Part shown: positions 38,211 through 51,860 of the stretch, piece after piece
How positions within the stretch are numbered: the first letter of the stretch is position 1
Layout of the letters: each line of letters starts with the position of its first letter
Assembly: GCA_051362555.1 (NCBI GenBank)
Contig: CM120642.1
Location: 15,500,001-15,564,000 of the forward strand
From: Lingula anatina
Lineage: Eukaryota; Animalia; Brachiopoda
Reading direction: 5' to 3'
Length of the DNA: 64,000 bases
The notes under the pieces: generated by a model
Told to the model about the DNA's origin: nothing
The model's input: the letters and a program-made list of their open reading frames with translations, nothing else
Databases searched by the model: none
Translations under genes and position numbers: made by a program

Positions 38211-41200
38211 ATGACATTCTTAGGATTAAGCCTTACTAAATCCCAATTTCGTACTAGTTACAGGCATGCACGCTTGCTGCAACAAACAATGACAAATACA
38301 GGGTGGATTTCCTGTAAATCAAGTGAAGTAAAGCTTGATATTACCCTTGCATGTGGCCAGTCGTTTAGGTAATTTACCTTTCAAACCTACTCGATCTAGA
38401 CTAGTACTGCTCTAGCTCAACCTTTTTAAGCACCCTCTGTATGCAGAGTACATTAGCTTGATGGCTAAGAGTGAGAACCCTGGGTGCTGATCCGCATGAT
38501 TTCTCTTAAACACACATTCTTGGGGTTATTTTGAAGAAGATTTTCTTTATATTAATCAACAGAGCAGAATTTAGTCTAAAAAAAGGGCACTGGTTAAAAT
38601 TGTTATTTTCTGCAGACAATAAGCTGCAATTTGGTGTGGGTGTGAGCACAGACAGACAGATTAAGTAAATTGAAAGTTTGAACTTGTTGTTAATTTATGA
38701 ACTTCATATACTAAACGCATTAATAATATTTATTATTATTATTTACACAGTCTGTTTATCGAAATCAGTGTTTAAAATGTGCCATGCTTGTTTTATTTAG
38801 GTGGAAAGAAACTAGCCCTGGTCAGTGGACCAGTGTACTTGCAGGGAACTTATGGACATTAAGCCAAACTGATGACAAGATTATCTACAGAGTTTATGAA
38901 AAAGGTTACAATGGACCATCATTACCTCTGCCAGATCCTCAGGAAACAAAATCAAAAATAGAAATGAAAAGAGACACATCAAATCAGGGATGTGATAAGT
39001 TGTTGAAGAAGTCAAGTATTAAACAAGAAATTCACACATCTGACAATGTTAATATAAATCTACCACTTATTGATAGTGATAATTCTAGCTCAAAGTATTC
39101 AGCAGTGCTTCAGAACTACTTTCAGCTGGGTGTAAACCTGGAAGTTCTTTATGGTCATTGGAGTGCCTCCGATCCTCATTTTAAGGCAGTGGCAGCAGAT
39201 TTTACTGGTGTACGTATTCTTCGCCAGGACCCTGTAGAAAATCTGTTTGCCTTTATCTGCTCTTCCAATAATAATATCAGCAGGATTAGTGGTATGGTAG
39301 AAAACCTATGTAAGACTTATGGAGAGAAAGTTGGAATACTTGATAAGGAACCTTATTTTACCTTTCCCAGTGTTGAAGCACTGACTGGAAGACGGGTAGA
39401 GCAGACACTGCGGGAGTTGGGGTTTGGATACAGGTGGGTGTGCTGATCTGACAGTAATGAAAAAAAATTGGTATAAAATTGTGATCTCCAGATCAACTTT
39501 TGATTATTATTATTTATTTATATTATTTGATTATTATCATAAGTTCCAAATGCCATAAAGAAGTTATGGTACACTTTTTGATTTATCCAGTAAACTGTTA
39601 CCATGTGTCTTGTTATCTATTTAATTTCACTGCTTTTTTTCCTCAGATAAAGCTGACCATGATTATTGAGAGCGTGTAAATAATCAAATCCTTATATGAT
39701 TAATTCACCTTCAATAGTAGAGAAGTTGAGTCAAATATGAATTTTCACACTTAGCTGTTAACTCAACCAAAACAAAAATTGTCTTAAACTAAATTTGTGA
39801 TAAATCTGATATGCTTAAATGTAACACATATTAAAAAAATAATTCCATATATTTTTCAGAGCCAAGTACATAAGTGAGACAGCTAAGTATATTGTTACAA
39901 ATCACAGTGTTGAATGGCTGTACTCCCTGAGGGGGAAGTCATATCAAGATGCTCATGGGGAACTACTCAAGTTGTGTGGTGTTGGAGCCAAGGTATCTCA
40001 TAATGCCGGAACTCAGCAAATAAAATACAAAAATAGCAGCACTTTAATAATTTGCTTAATCTATATAGAAAAAAATGATGACAATGTTTGAATTTTTATT
40101 TGTAAACATGTTTTCATCAAAAAATGAAGAAATGAAAAAAAAATGAAAAAATACAGAATTTCTTCCCTCAGGTAATGTATGTATGCATAATGCTGCTTTT
40201 CAGATGTCTCTGCATAATTATAATGAAGAATTTTTGTACAGAATTAAAATTTTATGAAATACAGGAAGGGTTATAATTACTTTAAAATATGATACTTCTT
40301 ACTATGATAAACCATGCAAATCCTCTTCCAAAATAAGGTTGCAGACTGTGTGTGTCTGATGTCTCTGGACAAGGCTGAAGCTATCCCAGTGGACACTCAT
40401 GTGTGGCAGATAGCAATCAGAGACTACAATATACCCAAACTTAACAGTAATAAGACAATGACTGATGCAACTTACAAGCAAATCGGTGAGATCAAATTCT
40501 TATTCTTAAATTCTAATTCTTATAATATATGGTCAACTTAAGAGCTTGTATATAAAGAAGTAATGGTTACAGTGCTTATAGTTTTGTTTCTATGTTACAT
40601 ATAATTAAAGCATGTAATTCCACCTCTTTGTGTTGTGGTTTAAAGATGTTTTGTTTTATAAGTAAAAAAAGGCATTGTCTGCAATAATAAGTAATTTTAA
40701 AACTCCTATCAGGATTTTATCATGGATATTAGATGATAAATGTACATATTTTGGGGTTATTTGTCATAACCTGTGGGCTTGGTTGTCTTTTTACAGGAGA
40801 TTTCTTCAGAGGTCTTTGGGGACCTTATGCTGGATGGGCACATTCTGTGAGTACTTTTAAACAACATAATACGAAGCACACTTTATCTTGCTTTTGTACA
40901 CATTTTAAAAATCATATTGATAAGATTGACAATTGAGTGAGCGAAATAATTTGCATCATATGTGCTTTTGGATATTCTTAGTCATCCTAAGAAGCATATA
41001 ATCAAATAATATCTTTCTTAAAAATGGAATATCAGATTCAACAGAATCTACATATTTCACTTTTGGTTATCAGGCTATTTTCTATCAGTTGAATTTTTTT
41101 CTTATTTTTTTACAAGATTTCTCAATATGCTGCCCTCCTTGCGCCAAAATTCACTTAGGCATGTTTAAATTGGTTAAAACCAGATTTAAATGCTAAATGT

Positions 41201-41702
41201 TCATCATTTTCTGAAATATGTTATTGTTTCAAAATATTATGTGTATTGTAAACTGTATGTGAATAATTAATTTAACTAATTTGAAGCTATGTGACCATAA
41301 TGTTATGTTTATCTTTCTTATAGGTATTGTTTAGTGCAGATTTGAAAAAGTTCCAAGACAGAAAGGTTGAAACCAAAGGATGTGTAAGTACTACTACTGC
41401 AACAAAAAGTTTTATCATTACTTGCAATTAAATTGCATGATTTTTTATGAATGTGTGACATACTTAATAACATGTTGGAACAGCTACTCATAGATGCTTG
41501 AGATAGGAGATTGAAAGGAAATCTCTGCTAGTTGTGCTCTGTTTGGGAATTGAGAGAGAACAAAATGATATTTATTGTATTTACATTAATTATTTTTTTC
41601 AAGGACAAGAAAGTATCAACCAGTCGTAAAAGAGGAACTAAAGCTGAAATGCAACCAAGAAATCACAAGGAGAAAAAACGAATAAAGCAAGAACCTACTT
41701 AA
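38211..41702 (+). CDS. OGG1: 8-oxoguanine DNA glycosylase/AP lyase, 400 aa from ATG 38289 or 426 aa from ATG 38211, 7 exons
   Basis: Exons 38211/38289-38368, 38801-39433, 39860-39992, 40338-40485, 40797-40846, 41324-41383, 41604-41702 in frame. Motifs LDITLACGQSFRW, RILRQDPVENLFAFICSSNNNISRI, LGFGYRA, HhH GVGAKVADC (catalytic Lys), IPVDTHVWQIA (catalytic Asp), WGPYAGWAHSVLF; basic C-terminal tail. Confidence 0.96.
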
Positions 41703-42526
41703 CAGTAGAATGTGTTAGATGTGATGTGACCCATTTTAGTATTTTAGATAAAGCCAGCACTTGGGTTCTAATTTATAATACTGCATTATTAGTCACAATC
41801 ACAATGTAAAAAAGAGAAGGGAACAACTGAGTTGTATCAAAAATCAGACAACCAAGGCTGAAGAATTATTCAAAAAGGAAATTTTATTTAAGTTTAACTT
41901 GGAGTATTGCAAATTGCATCTGCCTACTTTGGAATGTATCTATATTTCTCTAGTATTTTAATTGATACTTTAGAATTTTTAATTGTGTATAGATATGGAA
42001 TTTTCCATTTTTCATATTGTCATTATATAGCAATTTTTATGGCAACAATATATCATATTAGATAAATTTCATCAAGATCATGAAAAGTGAAATTGTTGGA
42101 AAAACTTTTTTTTTTCAATATTTATTTATGGACCTTTTTTATTTGGAACTCTTTGTATTTAATTTAAATTCTACATGTATGGCAGACTATTAAACTATCA
42201 GTATATTAAAGAAAATTATTATTTTGTTGTTGTTGTTGAAGTGTAAAGATGAAAAGCTCTGCTATGATACTTTGGAGATCCATACAAAATAAACAGATCC
42301 TTTGGCGTAAAAAATATTATGAACACAAAGGCATTATCTAATAACACCTAGACTCAAAATGAATTTTGAAAGCAGGGTGAAAAGTGACCAACTGTTCAAA
42401 ATATCAGTGTGGGATTTTCCTGTCGTCATATTCCGTTCATACTTTCCCTCTAACATGATGAGCGTGCTGTGTATGGATATTTCGGAACGGATTGTAAGAA
42501 ATGTATTTATATTTCTCTAATGTTGT

Positions 42527-42780
42527 CAGGGGAGTCCTGAACCACCCCCTTTCGATTTCTTTAAAAAAAAAAACAATAGCCCCCCTTAAAATTAGAATTT
42601 TGACTAGCTGAATCATGAATCTAAACTGTACCAAATGGCACCGTTCCCCTCTAAAATACCAAAATTAGGGGGGAGGGTTGACTTTGCATCCGCGGTACCC
42701 CCCACCCCTCCACCCCCCCCCCCCCCCCCCCCACCCCACCCCACCCCACCCTCCTTCAAATAATCCTGGATCCTTTCCTG
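42527..42780. mobile_element. Degenerate C-rich MITE-like insertion
   Basis: Termini CAGGGG...TCCTGGATCCTTTCCTG with internal G/C runs, lying between two copies of a duplicated promoter segment. Confidence 0.4.
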
Positions 42781-43076
42781 AACAGATCTGCTTTGGAGTA
42801 ATAAATATTATGAACACAGAAACATTTTTGGATTAGATCTGATTAAATTGGTTTACAAATTTGAATTCTGAAAGCTGGATGCAAAGTATTCAACTTTCAG
42901 AATATCAGTGTGGGATTTTCTGTTCGTCGTATTTCGTTCATTCCCCTTTAACATGACGTACTCGTCGGATATCTTCTCAGACCGGTTTGTCTGGCCAGAC
43001 CTGTGTGTAACTAATATTTCTGCTTCCCATTCACAAAAGAGTACATTGACCTCGTTTTGACATTGGAGATTTCAAC

Positions 43077-46000
43077 ATGGCAGTAGCTCGGCAGGTTCCG
43101 ATGCTGTCAGTGGGAAAATATTCACTTTTGTACTTAAACGTGTGTCTCTTATTTTTGCTCAGAGGAATATGTGTTCAAGGAAACATCAATTCGGATGATT
43201 CGAGCTCTGGAAGCTTCTCAAAGACTCAGAAACCAACTGTGATGATTAGTATACTAGCGCGCAACAAGGCTCACGCCTTACCGCATTTCTTAGGACATTT
43301 GGAGGATTTGGATTATCCCAAGGATAGAATAGCTCTGTGGTGGGTAGAATTATTGGTCAAACTTGGTATTAAGTACACTGTTTTACCGAGGATGGGTGAG
43401 AATAGTTATTAAGTATTTTTACCCATTTTTATGTGAGAAGGACGGTCGGCTAAGTTCTAGAAAGTTTCGACTTAAGTCAGTCAATATTACGGTTTGTTTA
43501 TAGAAGGAAGACTGAAATGTATCATAAAGGGCGTGGTTTGAATAGCCACAGATACACCGTTGTAACTTGGCTGTAGTGGTGTTTTTAAAACTTAAACCTT
43601 CAGAAAAAATTCAAACTGCATTTCGGTTTTCACACATTTTTTTTTTTGTTAATTTTATTATTATTATTAATATAATATTTCTTTTTGTTGTTGTCATATA
43701 TATTTTATTGATATTTATGCACTGAGAAATCCATACATTTAGCGACACCTTGTACATATTGATACCATAGAATCACCTTTAAAAAACAGGTCAGTTAAAC
43801 TTCAATTCCTGAAGTGTTTTGGAGAGATGAAAGTCTTACCGATTTAACTGGAGGTCCAGGCATTTGGGTGTTGTATTTATGCCCCCAGGACCCCCAGATA
43901 AAACTGCATGGGTTCAGCACTTATTTTAAGGAATTTTCTATTGGACCACTTTCGTCTTTGGTTTTTGACCACTCATTCTTTCCTTGACCTTGCACCCCCA
44001 CTTGGTCATATATCCACCTGTACTCTGTTTTAGCACTAAGACGTACAATACAGTACAAGACAAAACAGTAATGCCAGTACAGTACTAAAACACCGCAGTG
44101 CACTCAGATTGCATTCACCCTTGTGTAGGCCAAGCAATTTTAGGACACCTGTCTATTGTGTGATTCAGCAGAGAATTTTTGCTTATTTTACTGTCATTAT
44201 TTATTTATTTGTTTTGCATTTTTTACTGTCAAAAAGTAATTATTGTCAATTTTGATTGACATTTGTTGACAATTTAAAGAACCATAATCTGTACTTTCAA
44301 TAAAAGCCATTTTCTCAAGACTCTTTGAGCCTGCATTATGTTCTGAATACAGAACACCACTACTAGTAAAAAATCAACCCTAAAAGTTCTCAAGCTTTGC
44401 CTGTGATAAACCTTTGCAGAGTTTGCCAAGTTGGGAGAGCATGTTATTTCTTAGCTATAGTGTACCACTGATATGCACATTGTTCTGATGCTAACTCTAA
44501 ACTCACAGATTGAATATCGGGTAGGTGAAATCAAACCATTTATTTGTTGGTTTTAGTTAAAAAAATCAGATGGCCTAAGAATGATGAAAAAATGATAAAC
44601 CCTTAAGTTTATTAGTTTGGTGGTGATATAATGTTAATGTGGTATTGTGAAGAAAATGTTTTCCATAGATCTAGTATTTTAGTCGCCTATTCAGATTTCT
44701 GTTGGTTTTTTTTATCACCCCATGAAGTATGAAAATTGACCATATAAATATCTAAAATGCGGAGTTTTGATTGAAAAAATCCATTTATTGGAAGGCATTT
44801 ACTTCAGTTCATTTGGTAATGGAACATTCACCATTCACGGATTTCATTTCAACACGTTTCTCTATTTATAACAAGATCCAGTGATATAAAAGTCAGAGCA
44901 TGCTACTTCCTAAAAGCCCTGACTTAGGGGATAAATAACTTTATCCAAATATTTGCTTTACCTTTCCATTAGAGCCCCTCGCTAGGTGGAATGTAGACAG
45001 TATAACTAAATTTTGGTATCCTGAAAAAGAAAATAAGTGTTTGAATTGTTTTAAGCACTTAAAATTTGGCTATTATAGTGTTATTGCTGTAAAAATGGCC
45101 CCAGAAAAGAGATGGAAATAACATCTGCATTAGTATTCAGGAGCCTTACATTGAACCTTGTTGATTTTTTTTTCTTAATATGGAATTGGTGGACAGTAAA
45201 TTGGGTCTATATTTTTTAGAACAAATGAATTGGGATTTCCATCAGCATGGCATTATAGCCAGTGTTACCATAAATGTGCCTTACAACTTGCATCATCTTC
45301 AATTTAATACTGTAACTCATCAGATTACAATTAAAAATTGAAGGAAATTAAAATTGCAATTACATCATGATATCTCTAGTATTTTCATACATTCATTTTA
45401 AAATTGAGTACTAGTAAATAAAAGAGCTATTTGAAATAAAAGACAATAATGAATTTGATAAAATTGTAATTCACAATATACTCTGATAAAATAAAAAGTT
45501 TAAAGTAAGCATAAATTCATATTTATCACAATTGCAGTTGCCTCGTGGCAATAGGTGGCATTCTGTTCATATTCTTGCCTGAAGGAAATGATATTTTACT
45601 TTGTGACAAGTACCAAACAACCAGCTGACAGGGGTCTATAAACTGGAAAGGGGAAGCAGACATAGTTAACAAGGTAGCCAGACACCCAGAGGCAACTGCA
45701 GCTGCTTTTTTAGTAGTATAAGCACTCAGTTAACCCCGTCTGAATTTGTAACCTCTTGCACGGCCCCTCCGTGTTAACCCATAGTAACCTTTAAATGTAT
45801 TGTTTAACCTGTATGATCAACTTAAACAGATAAATGAAAAACTGAATCAAATTCAATGTTCTTTATTAGAAATAAATTTTATGACAAGGGCTGTAGGTCA
45901 TGGATGCTGTACATGGATAGAAACAGCGGCACTTTTACAGTTGTTGAAATTGAATACAATAAATAAGATGGCTAAATAACTAATAGAGATCCTTTTCACA

Positions 46001-49000
46001 TCAAGGGTTCATTTTGTGTGAGAGGGTTATCTAAAAGGCCTCTCGAAGTGGACAGGGCAGTTAAGTGTATGCTTTAAGAGGAAGTGGCATTTTTTTTTTT
46101 TTTTTTTTTTTTTGGAAGACTGGCAAATAATTTCCCAGTTGGAAGGTTACTGAAGTGATAACTCCTGTCAAAGAGGCAAAAATAGCTTTTATTTGTGTAC
46201 AGTAACTGTGAGGATATTACATTTAGTTGAGTGAAGGAAATCCCTTAGTATCAACCCTACTCACATGAATGACTCTTATATGTATTTTCTTTTAAAAAAT
46301 TGAATACTGTGCTGAATTATTTTATCTGTACAGAAAGCCAATATAAGAGGACACCCAATACTTACGTATATCTAAAACATGCGTTAAAACTCATGATTGG
46401 GTAGATGATCATGTGATGCTCGGCCCATTTCTCTTCAGTATTTTTGTTGACAACCTTCTTAGATCAAATGGACGATAATGTCTTTGGTTTTTGAAGATAA
46501 AAAATATGGCATCAAATTGTTAATAGTTAGGTTAAATAGTTAAAACTAAGTGAAAAAACCCACATGGTATCCACCTGTTTGTGTCTTGCTCTTACCTAGT
46601 ATTGTATGCAGATGTTAAAAGATTCTGACATTGTGTTGTTAAACAAGGCATCAGATGCTGTGTTTGATATACCCAAGGTCTTGACCTTAAAAAGTAGCCT
46701 GGGTAGTTTTAAAGCTATTGAACTGGACTAGCTGCTGCAAGTAATTCAGTATTGTTTCATATACTGTTAAATACTGTTTAACAACCTATATTAGTATGCT
46801 AAAGTAGTGTTTTCATACTTAAATTTGAAGATTCTTAGATCTGCAGAAGATTATAATGAATAAAATTTTAATTGAATGAAATTAGAAATTTTGACAAGGT
46901 TCAGGCTGATTTAAATACAGTTTGATTACAAGTACTGATTTTTTACCCCCCCCCCCCCCCCCATCACACATATGTACACAAAGACTACTACAGTACACAC
47001 AAAAAGTTCATAGCATTTTTCAAAAGAAAAGAAAAAATGCTAACAGACAGTAAATTTCACTGGGGTGGCCCAGTATCTATTTGGTTGTACATAACATGCC
47101 TTCTTTATTCAGTAAAGTTTTTTTTTTTTTTTAAATTCTGCAGATACCTACTGGGACTGGAGGATGTCTGCTTTCTTGCAACATCTGCCTTCCACATGTA
47201 GGAAGGAGGTCCAGCTTTACAGACCTTTTCAAAGTTTGCTCGGTTTTTATAAAGAATAGATCCCCTTTGTATGCTGACACAGGCATAGTTCCACATTCTT
47301 GATCATCTTCAAACAAGTGTCCAAAACCAAAAGATATATGTCCAGGACCAAACTAAAAGATGTTATGTCCACAATTTTGCCTGGTTAATTGGTGTAGACG
47401 ACAAGCAATCTCATCAGTAAAGAAGTTTTGTTTGTTTCAAAGTTTGATTTTTCTGCAATTAAGTGAAATGAGTTTGCCTTCAAAAGAAAAGGGGTCCAAC
47501 TCAGTGTGGTTTAAATTAGATTTTAAACCTATGTAGGTACCTAATTTCCTGAACTTTGAGTAAAAGAAAGAAAGAAAGGAGTTTGAAGACTTTCATGACA
47601 GAAGTTTATTTTACAGGAGAGCATAAAAAGGATTTTTCATTGTCTGGAGTGGAAAAGGAGCACAGGAGAGGCCATTCCAAATTAGTCCACCCATTAATGA
47701 CTTTCTGATTCACAATGAATTCAAAAGTCTTTCTGTCAAATAAATAAATAAAAGTATAAATAAAAATTTAAAGTAGATACCGATTGCAACCTTCCCTAAA
47801 TCTCCTGAACTTTCTTGGCTGGGTGAAGAGAGGTGAAATGTACTATTATAGAAATTATCATTGACTTCTTTCACTTATGGGGCAAACACCTTGTACATCT
47901 AAGTGCTCTCAACAGTTTGTTTGAAAACCATATATCAGTTTAAAGGGGAACCACTTATTTGATGAAAAGCTGTAACAGTTGTGTGACTGAAAACAAGTGT
48001 TTTTAACAATCTTTTCAGTAAGTGACCATTTGGTTTTTAAGTGACCAGGTATAATGAGAAAAACACTGTAAATTGTGGGAAAGTAAAGTTGTGAAGTTTC
48101 CATGCAAAGCATATCACAATTTTACTATTACAGTGATTACACCTGTAAAAAGCGACACAGTTGATTAATTTGATGATATTGCAAAGGAAAACACCAAGTT
48201 AATGTAATTAAATTTCAAAATGATCTAAAGGCCTAATTGTTTAGAATAAACAAAAAAGAAAATTATTTTAATTATAAAGTAAAAAGATATGAACAAAATA
48301 AAAACCCTACTAAAATATGCTTCTCCCCTTATGATTTTGCCTAACTGTTATAATTCCAGCAAAAGCACTCATAGTATGTGTTTGTACACTTTCCAGCATT
48401 GCAGTGGTTTTTTATTAAACTGTTGTAAAAAATATAATGACCTTTAAAAAAACTGCCGAAAGTCTCCCTGCTGACTCTCAATTTCACTGGTATGATTTCA
48501 GAACCTTTACTGCTGGATTCCTGTGATTTTCAGAATTAACAGCCATTTGCTCCTAAATACTTCAAAATGTTTCTGTCCAGAAAAAGGATTAGCAACACTT
48601 GGCCTAGTATAAACTTTGGGGTCAGTTTTCCAGCCATATTTCCACAGACATTTTTTTTTGGTCTGGAGGAGAAAGAAGAAATATTAGGCTTGACACTCAG
48701 AAACCGTGCAACAGAAGTTATTGGTTTGCTGAAGCTTGACCAATTTATTGTACCCCCTATACTACAGAGCTCAGGCACCATTTGCCTTTTCCACCATATG
48801 TTTTATTGGAGAGGTTTAGGATTTCAGAGAAAGAATCATTGTGATGCATTTTCCTTTTTGTGTTTGTTTTTAAATAACCCTATTATCTGCAAAAGGAACA
48901 CAGTGTTGAAAAAACGGGTTAAAAATATCATTTATGTGCCCCAAAGTAATTTTTGATCAATTATAAAAAAAGTGATTACATTTTATTAGTTTTTACACAG

Positions 49001-51829
49001 GTGTAAATCTAGTTAAGACAATTTTGCTTGGCTTAATCAAGGTCCACATTTACATGTCTTTATTATCTTTTACCTTTAATGAAACTTATTTTAAACAAGG
49101 ATAGTCACTCTGTTGCTTTAAAAAGGATGTTGCATGTCTTACAGACTTAAGTAAAGGCCATTTAAAAAGAACATTAAAAGATAATAATGAAAATCTTTGC
49201 TGTTGAGGATATCCCTATCCCTGTTTCTGATCAGCTGAATATAATGATGAATACTTTGTGAACCAGCAATTGGCTTTACACACTCATGGGTATCACTGTT
49301 AATAACTGTAATTGGTATTTTTTCATGCAGAACTGTAGTGTTTACTAAGATTTTTGAAGGCAGTCTCAGATGGAAATCACTTATATAAGGGGTTGTGTCT
49401 TCTAAATTGTAGTGTTTTGATGTCATGGTTAAAAGACAGCTAATGAGCAAGTGCACGCTTATTGCCTATGAAAAAAATAATTCGGTTTATACTAAATTTT
49501 TGAGGTTCACTACCAAAGAACAAGCTTCATGTCAAAAGGGGATAAAAAAAATACGATTTGTAATGATGGATATTGAAACTTAAATATATGAAGTTTTATG
49601 ATCTGTGTCTGAAAACGTTAAACTTGGCTGTGTTATTTGTATTAAAAGAAAATTCATAACTTGGTAGTCATGAAGTATTACATGAGGAATAACTAAATAT
49701 GTGGTGGCAGGTGATACCAAAGAGTTTTAAAGAAAGAAGGCATTAAGGCTGTTCCTTGTATGTATCCTTAGATGACTGGTAAACATGCAAGAAAAATAAA
49801 TATCTGTCTGTGAAAATGCTTTGCAAGTCTGTAGGCAAGATTATTTTGAAATAAAGTAAAGTCTTTGTGTTAAGTATCTAGGTATGATGCTTTTTGAATG
49901 TTGCAGAAAGCTTTTTTATATATATTTTGGAAACATTACATTATACATACACATTTCCAAAAATTGAGGAAAAGGCAGAATGTCTTTAAGTCATGAAACT
50001 AGTTAATTTAAAGAACAAGCCATCATGAGTGAAACTCCATCTTTGTAAAAAAAATTGACTATTAGCATGTAAAGGACTTTCTGCGTGCGTGCATGTTTGG
50101 ATTCTAAATACTATCTAGAACTAGAAGAAATGAAAAAAAAAACGTTAACAATATTATATTTTTTTTATAATTTAAGAAACTTTTGTTTTCTAAGCTGTTC
50201 CCATTGAAATGCGTCACCCTAAGTTTCTGAGAAAATGTGACTGTTTATATTGAAATGATCAGTGCAACATACAGAGTACTGAGAGTGTCTCTCTTTTAAG
50301 TATGGTGGTACTTCATTCAAGTTTAATTTTAGAGCGCTGGCAGTGACATTACTTTTGTTACAGAATACATTTCCTGTCACCCTGCCTTTCTAACTAGGGG
50401 CACCGACTCTCCCCTTTCCATTACTATGTTTTCCATCACCATTACGAAAAGCAGCTAGGCCAAGGCTTATCTTATACATAAGGGAGATTCCATTGAAATC
50501 TCTGAACCTCAGGGTAGCAGCCACTGGTCAGGGATCAACACCATAGAGTGGAACAAAACCACATGAAAACACATTTTGTTACAGCACCCTGTGGTGGTGG
50601 TGCTTTATTTTTATTAAAGATGTTGATAGAGTAAACCACTGAATCCGTACCAAATGCTGATTCATATTGTGTTTCTGACCATGATTATTTCAATGATGTA
50701 GGTGGATTTAGACAGCCCAGCGGATCTCTGAAAACTTTCTAATTACGTACAGTTGCTGTTGTGTCAGTTTGTACTAATAGACATCACAGGAGTCTGTCTG
50801 CTTTGCCTGAGTGAAGAAACATTAAGACTAACAGTTTTTTTTAAATTGAAAATTGTGGCTGATTTGTTTTATGCCTAGTCAAGTTGATGCCAGTCATAAT
50901 AATGTAATGCAAATAGTGTTTAAAATGTTCCTAATCAAATTATTTTTAAAATTAAAGATGTTTTTGTTATAAATCATGTGAATTGCTGTTCTCAACATTG
51001 TCACCAGGTACTCTGGAAGAATGGAAATTCCTTTAATTAATTAACTGACATTAGATAAGTTCATGCTGGGATCTCTCGAGGATGCAATTTGTTTGAGGCC
51101 AATTTAAATGAAACTCTCCCATTGGACCATTCACAGTCTATGTGTCGTGTAGAACTTTAAAAAAAATGGAACAACATAAGCTCCCCTGTTAATTAAAATA
51201 ACCTTAGGGGATGCTTTTAATTTAGAACACATGGTATAGGTTTGTTACAACATTTCATCATCAAACTTTTTGATACGGATGTTTGATAATACAGTTTTAG
51301 TTATTAATTTAGTATGTCTTTAGAAAAAAAAGTCTTGAAGAAAATTCTTCAGCCCAAAAATAAAAAAGTGCATTCTGATGAAAAAAAGTAGTATTGTAGT
51401 CTGTGTGAAATTGAGTCAACAAACAAACCTGTGATCTGAATATTTTTTTACCCCCGAAGTCAAGAAGGCATGTTCAGTTGAGAGATCCATTATTTTCCTG
51501 AATTGCCTTAAGCTGGTAGTTGTTATCAGGGTCTGAAATGTGCAACTGAAGTGTGCCCTGCAACGGGCCAAGACTGATTACAATATTTCCCCCAAATTTC
51601 TTAACATAAGATTTTGTGACTGCCATGTTTGACTATTGTACACAGTTCAGTGAGGCTTCTTTCATGCTGGCTTTATTAATACATGGATTTGTTATTGGCT
51701 TTGGTTAACCAGAGAACCTCAGAAATTTTCCTTTGATAAATCTTAAATTAAATTGATGAAACCGCACTAATAAATAAAACCACCTATCACTGTTGAAAAA
51801 TGGTATGCATTAGCAGTTGTTTTGGAAGT

Positions 51830-51860
<31 letters not shown>

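Noticed and set aside
47143-47200. Possible cassette exon in COLGALT intron 1
   Set aside because: Strong acceptor but weak donor; exons 1 and 2 already join to give the conserved RIALWIRTDHNVD.
48536-49456. 100-130 aa ORFs in COLGALT intron 1
   Set aside because: No recognisable domains, composition typical of random AT-rich ORFs, no consistent splice structure.
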